The translations under genes and the position numbers were made by a program. From the NCBI GenBank assembly GCA_053919585.1, contig CM132816.1: a stretch of DNA of 64,000 nt; one strand, given 5' to 3'. The DNA is from Euprymna scolopes (lineage: Eukaryota). Positions within the stretch are counted from its first letter, which is position 1. Every line of letters begins with the position of its first letter. Positions 52,263 to 64,000 of this stretch are shown in pieces. The notes beneath the pieces are model-generated. The model was not told the DNA's origin. It made no database searches and saw only the letters and a program-made list of their open reading frames with translations.

Positions 52263-53343
52263 NNNNNNNNNNNNNNNNNNNNNNNNNNNNNNNNNNNNNN
52301 NNNNNNNNNNNNNNNNNNNNNNNNNNNNNNNNNNNNNNNNNNNNNNNNNNNNNNNNNNNNNNNNNNNNNNNNNNNNNNNNNNNNNNNNNNNNNNNNNNNN
52401 NNNNNNNNNNNNNNNNTATAACTTCTAAGTTTCAGATAATATTGACCTGAATTTAACAAATAAAAAGACGTCGGAAATGTCATAAGCTAAATTGAGTATC
52501 TGCTTAGGTAAGACATAATCTTATGGTCGCACATAAGGGGAATTATTTATCACCCATAGTCTATTTTTGACACTTTTTTACAGTGATATAATGTTTGAAT
52601 TATAGTCATTTGTTTTCATAGATTTGCTTATGAATTACAAAATATCTGGTATTTTTCTCAAATATCTGGCCTTGATAGAGGGGACAGTAAAACTTGTTGA
52701 ATTATTTAAAACCATCTGAAATAACAGCAAGATATATACATTATCGTCCCCTATTTTTAAAAGAGAAGATATAACAAATAAAAATATTTGTAATACAATC
52801 TCCAATTACTGGTATATCAGATCATTTGAAACCATAGAAGCAAGTTTTAGTATCCCTTTCATAAAGGCCACATATTTTGGAGAATACACNNNNNNNNNNN
52901 NNNNNNNNNNNNNNNNNNNNNNNNNNNNNNNNNNNNNNNNNNNNNNNNNNNNNNNNNNNNNNNNNNNNNNNNNNNNNNNNNNNNNNNNNNNNNNNNNNNN
53001 NNNNNNNNNNNNNNNNNNNNNNNTGTCGGTTTTTGACGACAATATTCATGTTAAAAACGACATTANNNNNNNNNNNNNNNNNNNNNNNNNNNNNNNNNNN
53101 NNNNNNNNNNNNNNNNNNNNNNNNNNNNNNNNNNNNNNNNNNNNNNNNNNNNNNNNNNNNNNNNNNNNNNNNNNNNNNNNNNNNNNNNNNNNNNNNNNNN
53201 NNNNNNNNNNNNNNNNNNNNNNNNNNNNNNNNNNNNNNNNNNNNNNNNNNNNNNNNNNNNNNNNNNNNNNNNNNNNNNNNNNNNNNNNNNNNNNTCAACG
53301 AGATCTCTTTTCTGTTCTAGACTTCATTTGTCTACATTGACAT

Positions 53344-53410
<67 letters not shown>

Positions 53411-53438
53411 TATATGTGTGTGTGTATGTGTGTATATA

Positions 53439-54769
53439 CAGTGTGTTTCAAAAGTCTTGGGAACATAACGATGTTTAATAACTCAAAAAATATTATGAGT
53501 TGAAAAATGAAATTGGTACCGTTGGAAAGGTTAAAGTTTCAAGTTTTGTGGGGAATCTTCAAAGTTCCTCAATATGAGCACCATTCGTCACACGGCAGAC
53601 ATCAAGTCGACAGTCCATTTCCTGCCAAACGCGTTCCAGCATCTTGACGTCAATGGTTCCCACAACTGCCGTTACTCGAGCCTTTAGTTCGTCAATATCT
53701 CTTGGAAAGGGCGGGACATAGACTTGTTGCTTGACAAAGCCCCAAAGGAAAAAGTCACACGGGGTAAGATCTGGAGACCTGGGAGGCCAAGGCATGAGAA
53801 CGTCATCACCTCGCCCACATCTCCCAATCTATTTACAGACAGCCTTGTGTTAAGAAACTGCCTTACTCTAAGACTCCAGTGTGGTGGTGCACCATCTTGT
53901 TGAAAAATGAAGTCATCAGATTCTGCTTCTTCCAACTGAGCAATTAACCAGTCTTCCAGCATGTTGAGATAGGATTCACCAGTGATAGTTGCCTCTTCAA
54001 AGAAAAACGGTCCATAGACACCTTTTTTGGAAATTGCACAAAACACGTTCACTTTTGGTGAATCTCGCTCGTGCTCAAGAAGTTCATGAGGATTCCTATT
54101 ACCCCATATGCGAGTGTTATGCTTGTTAACTTTGCCATTCAGACGGAAGGGTGTCCTCATCGCTAAAAACAAGCCGGTCATCAAAGCCGTTATCTTCCAA
54201 CTTCTCTTGCATTGCAATGCAAAAGTCACGGCGAAGTGGCTTATCAGTGTCCTTCAACTTTTGGACCAACTTGAGCTTGTAAGGTACGAGTTGCAGTCGT
54301 TTCCTTAAGACACACCAGACAGTTGCTGGAGCAATCTGAAGTTCCCTGCTGGCTCGTCTCACTGATTTACGGGGGCTCTGCTGAAAGGCTGTCCGAACTT
54401 GTTCAACTGCATCTTCTGAAGTTGAAGGGCGACCTGTTCGCTTACTTGGGCACAAACACCCATCTTTTACAAATTTAGCATGCCATCTGACAATGGATTT
54501 CCTTTCAGGGGCTTCTTTTTTAAATTTCCTGCGAAATGCACGCTGAACACATGTCCACGATTCAGTCTTTGCAAATTGGAGGACGCAAAATGCCTTGTCT
54601 TGTTTAGAGAACGCTATTACTGCACCTGAAAAGATAAGACGAAAATCATTAGTATGACCAAAAACTTGATTAAGCAAGCTTTAAAATGGCACCAGTTTCA
54701 TTTTTCTACCTGGAATAGTTCATGAGATATACGCATTTGTAATGTTCCCAAGACTTTTGATACACCCTG
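53439..54769 (-). mobile_element. Full-length Tc1/mariner transposon (DD41D/rosa-related), 1331 bp
   Basis: 28-bp TIRs CAG(T/G)GTGT(T/A)TCAAAAGTCTTGGGAACAT with TA on both sides; transposase inside. Confidence 0.95.
53559..54620 (-). pseudogene. Transposase pseudogene (two frameshifts)
   Basis: KAFCVLQFAK...VQRAFRRKF HTH, FSDE, QQDGAPPH, WPPRSPDLTPCDFFLWG, NGAHIE split over ORFs 54126-54677, 53684-54229, 53559-53795. Confidence 0.92.
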
Positions 54770-56616
54770 TACAATCAGCTTAATGTAATCCTGTCACATT
54801 ACTATAGCGCTTCATTATTTAAGGCGAAAGCGGTATAGAAATAAGACATACACTTATAACGTAGTAAAATTTCAAAAAACATTTCATTGAATTATATTTT
54901 CTTAGATTCATGATGTCAGTTGATAATTAGAAATCCAACATGCTTGATTAAATATTCTTAACGGTAATATACATTGATTACTAATTTCTGTAGGAAATCG
55001 TATAATATTTCATTAAACATATTGTATTATGTTTATTTTTTAATCACCACGTTAAGTGTATTGTTATGTTGAATTCGTGTCATATGCATTAAGTACAAAA
55101 TCAGAAACGCTTACAAGCAGAACATTTTCGTTCTTTGCCTAAAAAGAGACTGGTTATCTCATCCAAAGATTTCGGATTGTATTGTTTAAATCTGGGGAAA
55201 AAAATTTTATTTGTATTTTCTAAAGATTGTTATAGATGATTTGTACTATTTATATTATTCGAATTAATTGTTTTAACTGTTACTTTTATTTTAATAACGT
55301 TTTTCTGCTGATGTATGCTCGACTTTCTCCGAGTATGTTTTGTAAAATCGGGAATCTTTTCGTCGAAATAGGGTATCCGCACGAAATTTCGAACTGTAAT
55401 ATTTATAAAATCTAACGCGGTACCATGCCCTCGCTAGGTAGTCCATGCATAGGTAAACTCCTTAATAAATAATGATGAGTTCGTTTTAAGCTACACAATT
55501 TAATTATTAAACAATAATATAAGCGCGGGAAGTAGAAATGTTGTACCCACTTTATAAGTATGGAGTATATTTTCTACTACAGCTAATGATCTGATCGATT
55601 GTTGAATAACGAAAATTTCAACATCATTAGTTTATTTTATATTTTTAATTGAGTGGTTGGTTTTACTTTATTTCAAGGCTGCAGAGTGAGCTATTTTTGA
55701 GACAAACTCTGACATCATTGATTACCCTATATCGTTTGACGAGTAGCTCAGATAGTGTTAGTCACGATTAACCAGAATCGTATTAACCGAACACTGCACA
55801 ACGGAAATGAAAATGGTTAAATCATGCACATTCTTGTAACGAACAAAACTATTATATTCCTAAATTCGCGTAAAGAGATGAAGTAGTTTAATTTTTAAGT
55901 ACATAGACCAAATTTTGTGAGGGTCCGTCATTTGGTAAAAAAGTCTACAATCAAAAACAACGTTAAAATAATAAAATTTGCGAGCTGTATTTTGTAAATC
56001 ATACGAATTCACATGAATCGTTTTGGCATTATTATTTTATAAAAGTTAAACTATTAATCAATCACTCTTATTATGGAATACGAGATTTTCGTTTCCTACT
56101 GGTAAATGCATCATATATATTTTTCTTCATTCCTGTTTGAAAGCGACACTGCAAGCGAACTAGAATAATTTGATGAAAAATTATCAAACAGATATTTACT
56201 CTACGAAGATCGTTCCAAAATTAAAACCTTCCATTTCAAACTCCAAAATTGGACATGTTACGAAGACTGGTGTTCCACCATTTCAACGAGATCTCTTTTC
56301 TGTTCTTGACTTCATTTGTCTACATAGTAACCAGCATACATTATGGGTTTTTGCCAGCAATTCGATAATTCATCTCTATGCAAGGTGTGCTTTTCAAGAA
56401 TCTCACGCTATTAATATATATGCAATAAAACAATAGTGACCTTTTTAGGTTACTGATGCATAAGTTCAGTCATCATAACAATGCAATTTAAAGTTGTTCC
56501 TTTTGCCTAGTCAAGCGAAACAGTTAGGAGGCGTTTCATTTGTAAGGCTCCTCGTAGAATAATATGCACACCCTCAGTTCTTATATTATTGCTAATACCT
56601 ATAATGTTGTCTTTAG

Positions 56617-56687
<71 letters not shown>

Positions 56688-57624
56688 CTGGAACCAGCAG
56701 ACGATGTGCTCAGTTATAATCGGAAAGCAGACTAAGACAAAGAATGGAACATAACCCCGCCTCGCTCGTTTGTTGAAGCAGCATCATTTCTTTCCACTTT
56801 ATTACAACCCTGAGCTTATGCACGCCATCTAGAACGTTTCTCCACGCCTCTCACGAGATTTCGAACGTTTTTATTATTTCGTCTTCCACGTCTCTCACGT
56901 GATCCTTGTTTTTTTCTTTATTGTTAACCTTTTTTCGCTTGCGTTTGCGCGCTATGTTACACATGCAAAACATTTAGACATATAAGTACTAACCGGGATT
57001 GAACCGTGTTATATCGAGCGGATTTATCTATAAACAGAATATTTGCATACTTCCACTAGTATGCGCATATGCAGCAGAGCTTCTTGAGAGTAAATATATA
57101 TTTTTAACTTAACTCTGTCGAATGAGAGACAATCTGCTTCAAGTGAAGCGCATAACTTATTCATGATGGCGGATTAAGACTAAATCCATCCATCAAAACC
57201 TCTTAACTTTAGATCGCTCATTTATTTACGATGTTTCTCCGTTATTTATGGCTTGAATTGCGAATTTCTTTTTTTAGAACAGTAAAAGCCATCGTTTGTA
57301 ATATTAAGACTTTACTTATGGAATATAAGAAAAGTATATCTAATTAACAGAATCTGCGTGAATTAAGACGGAATATTCTATCGCTATAATAAGAAGATGG
57401 TGATATTACACTTGATATTTTCTGTTCACAGTTAGTGAGGGAGAAATGCGTCTTTTATTCATCTTCATATCATAAAAGCCCAATTTTAAGGATGTAAATT
57501 TTCTCCAGATTAAAAACCGAATTTCATCACATTCTTTACTGTTCCCTTTATGGACGATCTAAATAAACTGTATATGCGTATTTCTATATTCTGCTAGCTA
57601 AAACACTGTTATATCTATTATATA

Positions 57625-58271
57625 TCAAATTAAACTGGTGGGATCCTTCTACCGCTCCAGAAGATATCTCACTAATGATGCAATTCTCTATCTGTATAAA
57701 AGCCAAGTACGTCCAAGGATGGAGTACTGTTGCCACATCTGGGCAGGAGCTGCTAAACACTGCCTATCCTGCCTTGACAGAGTACAAAATAGACTTTAGT
57801 GGGGGATGCCCTTTTCTCTTCCCTGCAACCTCTCTCCCACAGAAGAGACGTTGCGAGCCTCTCTTTGTTTTATCGTTATTTCCATGTCAGGTGCTCGTCT
57901 GAGCTCCAATCGCTCGCCCCCTTCGCCAAACTTTTACGAGAAACACCCGTCTGGCTGAAACTGCTGTCAATAATTGTCCCCACTCTTTATCTGTGCCTAC
58001 ATCTAAACGTAGATTCCATGAGCAAAACTTCTTTCTTAGAATTGCACGCCACTGGAACTCTCTGCCGCTTGCCTGTTTCCCCCTTGACTACAACTTGGAC
58101 GTCTTCAAGTCCAACGTAAACAAACTCCTGACAAACCGCCCCTTAAGTAAGACACTCTATCAAAACCCCCAATACTAAAGATTACTGCAATACTATCTCA
58201 TTGATTACTGTACACACAATAACCCTTATCCCTGAGTGGCCATCGGGCCTTGATAAGTGGTTACCCCCATG

Positions 58272-58275
<4 letters not shown>
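57625..58275 (+). mobile_element. CR1/Jockey-type LINE 3' fragment
   Basis: LYLYKSQVRPRMEYCCHIWAGA, LQPLSHRRDVASLSLFYRYF, HWNSLPLACFPLDYNLDVFKSNVN; ends in TA/A-rich tail. Confidence 0.88.
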
Positions 58276-58309
<34 letters not shown>

Positions 58310-61300
58310 AATAAGAACGGTATAAAGACTGAAGTGTCGTTTTTTTTTTGTATGCAGACCAAATGACAGACATTTTCGTTTCAATTGACAGTACTCATTT
58401 ATTAAGTAACTTACTTTTTAAAAGGTTAGACATGATTATAAGTACAAGCAACTTATTTTGATATCTGCAGACACTAGTGTTTTATCCTCTCGGAATCATT
58501 AGTGGAGGAAGTTTTCATTTCCGTGGGTCGTGGGATTCGAACCCCGTAACGATTGGCAAAAAGCAAAGCATATGTGCACCTTCAATCACAACGAAATTCA
58601 AGTAACGTTGGTTGACGCGTAGCTAAATGTCGCGAAATTTAGAAACCGTAGTTTCGTATTTCTGTATTCTGCTAGTGGAGTTGTTGTTTTTTTACAACAA
58701 AATATTACAATATTTTTACAAAAAAGATTTACAAGTGATAATTAACTTTCAGAATTAAAACTAATCGTAACTAGTACTAAGGGAGGGGGTGCCCCCTCCT
58801 ATCACTTACGGAAAGAAAAATATATGCGTATTAGCTCATTCTGTCCTGACGAAATAGAGATCGAGACAAGAAAGGGAATTGTGGGATTGCGTTCTAGTTA
58901 CTTATGCATCCCTCCGCCTACGGCCAAATAACTTCCTGGCCATGCAGTGAGGGGTTACCAACCACACAACAAGGGCACTAAGATATATTACCACACTTGC
59001 TCACAGGAAAAATATCCGAGATGTTTATTTCAACGCACAGTACTCCTTTATTAGGAATCGTTCTTTATATGGGGGTAGATATAATTATAATTATAAACAA
59101 TTATTTTGATACCTGCGAACACTTGTGTTTTATCCTCTCGAAATTCAAGTAAAAGTAAAACTTCATAAAGGCATATACGTTATACAAGAATGGTCTCCAG
59201 TGACCACACGACAAAATGTTGCGACAGGCAAGTTGAAATATTGGTAAATAATCTTCAAACTGAATATTAATATTTTGTGATAATATACCCCATAATAATT
59301 CACACTTATACTGATCTTCAATACTAGTACTCATATATTGTTTCCTGTCTTTTAGCTAATAATCATTTCTACTTTCTTAGCCTTTATATATTGTAACATA
59401 ATAGTAAGATGTTAGTTTAATCGGGTTAAAGTATTTATTTGCGTTTTTATTAAATGTTGAATGTTCAATACATTTACAGTGGATAAGTGCGACTAATAGT
59501 TAGTCCCATATCAACTTCGTTATGGTTTACAGCGTTAGAACAATGCAAGTATTAAGTGTGTAATACTAGCTTTCCTGTTTCCTTGGATAAGATTGAAAGA
59601 ATCACACTTTCGACTAAATGAGATCTTGTTCAAGTAATTACATACGAAGAATGTCTCATTTTACATTACCCGATATTTGTAAATAAGAAAGGCAGAATGA
59701 CAATAATAAACCACCTAATTAATAAAACAAAATCTAATAATCACTTCATAAACTTTGAATGTTTGCGTGTTTATGTCTTTGCTAAGAGTATACTTTGCTA
59801 GTAAAAGTGATTATCTAGACATAATTTAGATGAACCGTCGCAGACTCGGAGGAGAGTACGTTCCGGGAGTAAATAACTTAAACATACTGATAGGTGACAA
59901 TTATATATAATGAAACCAGTGAAAATAAATGCAACATATTCAATAATAATACAACTCATTATTCATGTCAGGATGTGCGGGGACTTTCCGTTTCATTAAA
60001 AAAAAATAACGGATAGTGACGTTCGCGAGACATTATATACTGTTTTTATCTGAAGAGTATTTACCGACGATAGCGAAAATAATGTAATCTTATCTAAATA
60101 TTTAATTTTTTACCTTTACTTTCTTAGCTTTAGGAAATGAGTTACGCAGACGGACAGAGGCATGGAAATAACATTCGATTCAGATTATTTCTACATTATT
60201 GGAGGTGACTCCTTTGAACATCTCCACGGAGAAATTTATCCGACAAACATACGCTATTGCTCTTCAATGTTCTGTTTTGTCTGCCGTGTTTAAACTCTGC
60301 TCCATTACCCAACCTTACAGCATATACCTTTTATTCATTCTTGGGACGATTCTATTTTATTACTCTGAATTTTCCTGCACCTAATGTGATACGTGTCGAA
60401 ACACATATTGATTAACATATTTGCAACCTACCAAGGGTCCGTACCATGCAAAATGCATACATACCGTGCAAATCCTTAACATACTCGAAGAAAAATGAAG
60501 AAAGTATGGATTTAGAAACAGCTTGCCGATACAAAAGTCAATTGTTTAAATCAAGCTTAATCGCCAAGTCGCTGCTGCACATACAATAAGATACACTTCG
60601 AATCCAATTCATATGGCTGAATATATTCGCTCGAATGATTTACGCTGATGCAATTTAAAACGAATAACTTCTGTCAATTATGGCTTAACATTTGGTCTCA
60701 CGCGAATTCACTGGCAATGAAGAGGTCTTTGTTCTCTTTATGGCGTCTTCGTTTATCGACGAGAGACTCTGTCTCTTGGCTGCCGACTAGTGGATTCATA
60801 GGTCAGTCACGCTTGACTTCGCAATGACATTTTTATCTCTAAATGGCATAACAGATTATTTGTTACCGACTTGCTTTTGTTGTTACTATTTGATAAATTG
60901 AAGCTTTCCAGAATCAAATAATTACAGAAGAGTATCAGCAAAGTTTTAAAATAGGTATAATAAAATTGCTAAATTCGAACCTGGAACACCCACTTCGTCA
61001 ACCCCCGTTAGTAACAAGTATGTTACCAAAAACGGTAAACTGATTTTGTTAAGGTTTGGTACAAGGTTGTCTTCCCTGAGAATGTGATACTGAAATTTTA
61101 TTTAATTGAAACGGAAAATTATCCATCTGCTTTTATATGTTGCTTCGGGCGTGGAGTAGTTATTCCTCAGATAATGCTGTTCAATAACTGTCAATCCTCA
61201 GAGAGAAGCTTATGAGAATTTAAGTTTTTATCATCACTGAAGCACTAGAAATAAAATATAAAATAAAATTATTTAATGTTATTTTACCGCTATGGCTGAC

Positions 61301-61962
61301 AGTAGGAGAACAATATCACTTCTTAAGTTCAGTAAATATGTTGTTAGAAACCCTGTTAATATCAAAAATGTACAAATACCTATGCAAAATTCAAAAACTT
61401 TACTTGACGAAAATCGAAGATTGCATTCGCCGAGGGAATAAGATCCAAAATGAGAACCGTTTATATTTTTGTCTGTTACAATTAACTAAAAAAATATTAT
61501 GTTTCTGAATTTTTAGATGAGACTTCGTTATTCGTATTATTAAGAATCTTCGGGATAATTTTTTTCATTTTGAATGCCATTTTTACTAGAAACCAGTCGA
61601 TGTACCCTCCCAACTTCTTCAGGTGTATCTAACCGTACTCGGGAATATTTCTGTCGAATTTGGACGGAATTTCCATCGAGAACCTTTATATACTTCACGG
61701 GAGTAGCATGATCACAAGCCGTCAGTGGTGACTAAATAGATTTTCGAAATAATTCGTAATTGTATTTTTGGTCGTTCACACTGAAAAATAAAGCTTCAAC
61801 TTTCAGGGGAATATCACTTATACAATTACTTTTTCCTAAGCAATACACCACCTGTATTTTCCTTCTAGATCGAATTTTTGGAGCCATGATCTATTTTATT
61901 TCTAGATGTAAATATCACTAGCTGTCACTAATTATTATTAACTTCGTCTTACTCTATGTATA

Positions 61963-62017
<55 letters not shown>

Positions 62018-62087
62018 GTATGTATGTGTGTGTGATGGAAGCAAATTTGTTTTCGAACATTGCCATTACTTAATAAAGGACATATAA

Positions 62088-62164
<77 letters not shown>

Positions 62165-62166
<2 letters not shown>

Positions 62167-64000
62167 ACATGAAAACAAATCATTGATGAGCATCACGGAG
62201 GTAACTTTTAAGCCCTACCAAACTCTGGTATTCTTCGGCACATATTGTGCAAACATGAGCGCCACTAGCAGCACGTTCTTGATGGTCACTTTTATGAATA
62301 TTCTAACGCCGCTTCAAACAGCTGCTGTTTTGCATGTCCGCCCGTAGTTGACACAGGTTAGATGTGACAATATAAGACTGGTTTGTGGCCCACTACGCTG
62401 ATGAGTATTCTGGTGGCTTATTAGACCATCTCTGCTCAGGCCTAATCTCCCGCACACCTAGCACTCCATAAAAATTTAGCGCACATCCCATCCATCTTTT
62501 TTACCTTCCCTTCCCGGATATCACGTTTCAGCCGCTCATACTGGTTTTGATCAGCCTCAAACTTGCCCACACCTCCCCGCGCGGCTCTTCACCACTCTCC
62601 ACGATTCAAAACAAGACTCTCACAGGTTCTCTCATCCATCACATATTTTTTCAAGGTGGACCTCAAACAATCCTTCAATCTCATATAAGTCCTTTGAGCC
62701 AGACGTCTTCCCTCGGTGAGTTCACCAGAAAGGAGTTGTTTTTGGAAGTCGTCTCTCTGACATCCTTAGATCATTACTACATTACTTCAGTCCATGTTTG
62801 ATAATGAGAACCTCAGTGCTTAGATATTGGGTCCGTTCAAGAACCTCAACATCACAGGACATACATTTGCTAGACCCCATCTAAGATTCGCCGTAGGCAC
62901 ATCAGGTGAAACCGCTCGAGACGTCTCAAAATTCTCCTTTTATGTTGCCCACGTCTTACATGCATAGAGAAGAGCAGAGAGAACGCATGCGGCGTACTCC
63001 TTAATCTTTGTTGGTAGCGGAATCCCATTACAGCTCTACAAACACTTGTCTAACTTTCCAAAGCCACCACTTGCCCTGCTGATCCGTAACGATACCCCAT
63101 CATCCAGAGCACCGGGCATACTTAGTGTCTTACGCCAAGTATACAAATTTAGCGACAACTGCTATCTTTGACCCATAGATATAAACTGATGGCTCATAAT
63201 ATAGTATGCCTGGCTGATGCATTATTTTTTTTCAGATTGATAGCCAGGCTCACTGCGCTGCAGGCAACTGCAAATTCGTCCACAAGATGCTGTATATCAG
63301 TATGTGTATGAACCACCAGATCACAATCATACGCATAGAGCAATTCACAGATCGTGTTGGTGAGTACTTTAGTACTTGCATTGAGGCACCTAATATTGAA
63401 CATCCCCCCAGTGGTTCGATAGAGAATATAGACACCATCAGAGCAACCCCCCGAATGCCACCCGAAAGACCATGGTGAAATACAACGCAAGTGTGGGTGC
63501 TGGAATATCTTCCGTGCTTAACAACATTTTCTACTGAAATAGGATCAGCCAGTTTTCTCCCAACCTTGATCACAGCTTAACCTTAATCATCGTGGACCAA
63601 AGGCCTTGATTACATCGAGGAACACCTGATACAGACACTTTCGTTGTTCTATACATTTCTCCTGTAGTTGCCTGGCTGTAAAAATCATATCAACTCTCCC
63701 TCGACTACTTCTGAAACCACACTGTGATTCAGGAAAAACATCGTCAGCAATGTGCTCCAGCATTCTGTCTGGCATGATCATACAGCGCACCTTACCGACT
63801 ACTGACAGCAAGGCAACGACACGATAGTTTCCACATTTGTCTCTGCCACCCTTTCCCTTGTATAGCACGACCATCAATGCATCCCGCCAATCCTACGGAA
63901 CACAATCATCCCGCCAAGCTTTGTGCAACAAGCCTGCGAAGCATTGCATCATCTTGGCCTTATAACATTTAAATACCTCTGCATGCAATCGATTCAGTTC
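62165..64000 (-). mobile_element. RTE-clade (BovB-like) LINE, decayed; continues past the window edge
   Basis: LYKGKG.RDKCGNYRVVALLSVVGK, PESQCGFRSSRG..DMIFTARQLQEKC.EQ, FLD..KAF, ELLYAYDC; 3' end abuts (TA)n 62091-62161. Confidence 0.93.

Noticed and set aside
31680-53294. Exon-sized N runs as masked exons of one gene
   Set aside because: Flanks lack consistent AG/GT boundaries on either strand.
56685-56962. Possible solo LTR (minus strand starts TGTAAC)
   Set aside because: No partner LTR, primer-binding site or target duplication identifiable.
58520-58570. Isolated reverse B-box motifs (also about 31305, 45872, 51110, 56993, 60973)
   Set aside because: Probably SINE debris; too short and degenerate to define elements.
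59101-59334. 77-aa minus-strand ORF ending near a CAG|GTATC donor
   Set aside because: No recognisable domain and no convincing acceptor; phase does not join the microexon directly.
13396-62347. ORFs with IYIYIY, HTHT, NNNN or RERE tracts
   Set aside because: Translations of (TA)n, (CA)n, (TAA)n and (GA)n microsatellites.

Overview
AT-rich, repeat-dense metazoan (probably invertebrate) DNA from a gapped draft assembly (12 N-runs). No intact long protein-coding ORF, rRNA, intact tRNA or CRISPR array is visible. The window is mostly decayed mobile DNA: six fragments of RLE-type non-LTR retrotransposons (R4/Dong-like, some stacked in TAA tracts), an RTE LINE, CR1/Jockey-type LINE 3' ends, several Tc1/mariner elements (one full-length with TIRs and TA duplication, one split by nested insertions), a TA-flanked MITE, Helitron-like termini, and Penelope-like elements (GIY-YIG) with many (TA)n tracts. 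The most interesting signals are: (i) several hammerhead-ribozyme motifs in small non-coding elements, including one just downstream of a tRNA-Met-like head (52149-52262) and a near-canonical one in a TA-flanked element (30106-30185); (ii) many long inverted repeats, with most of the small gaps at 31.7-35.7 kb and 47-53 kb abutting hairpin centres or arms; (iii) a candidate minus-strand host gene seen only as a 21-nt microexon plus a short acidic terminal exon. All calls were made by eye; boundaries of decayed elements are approximate.
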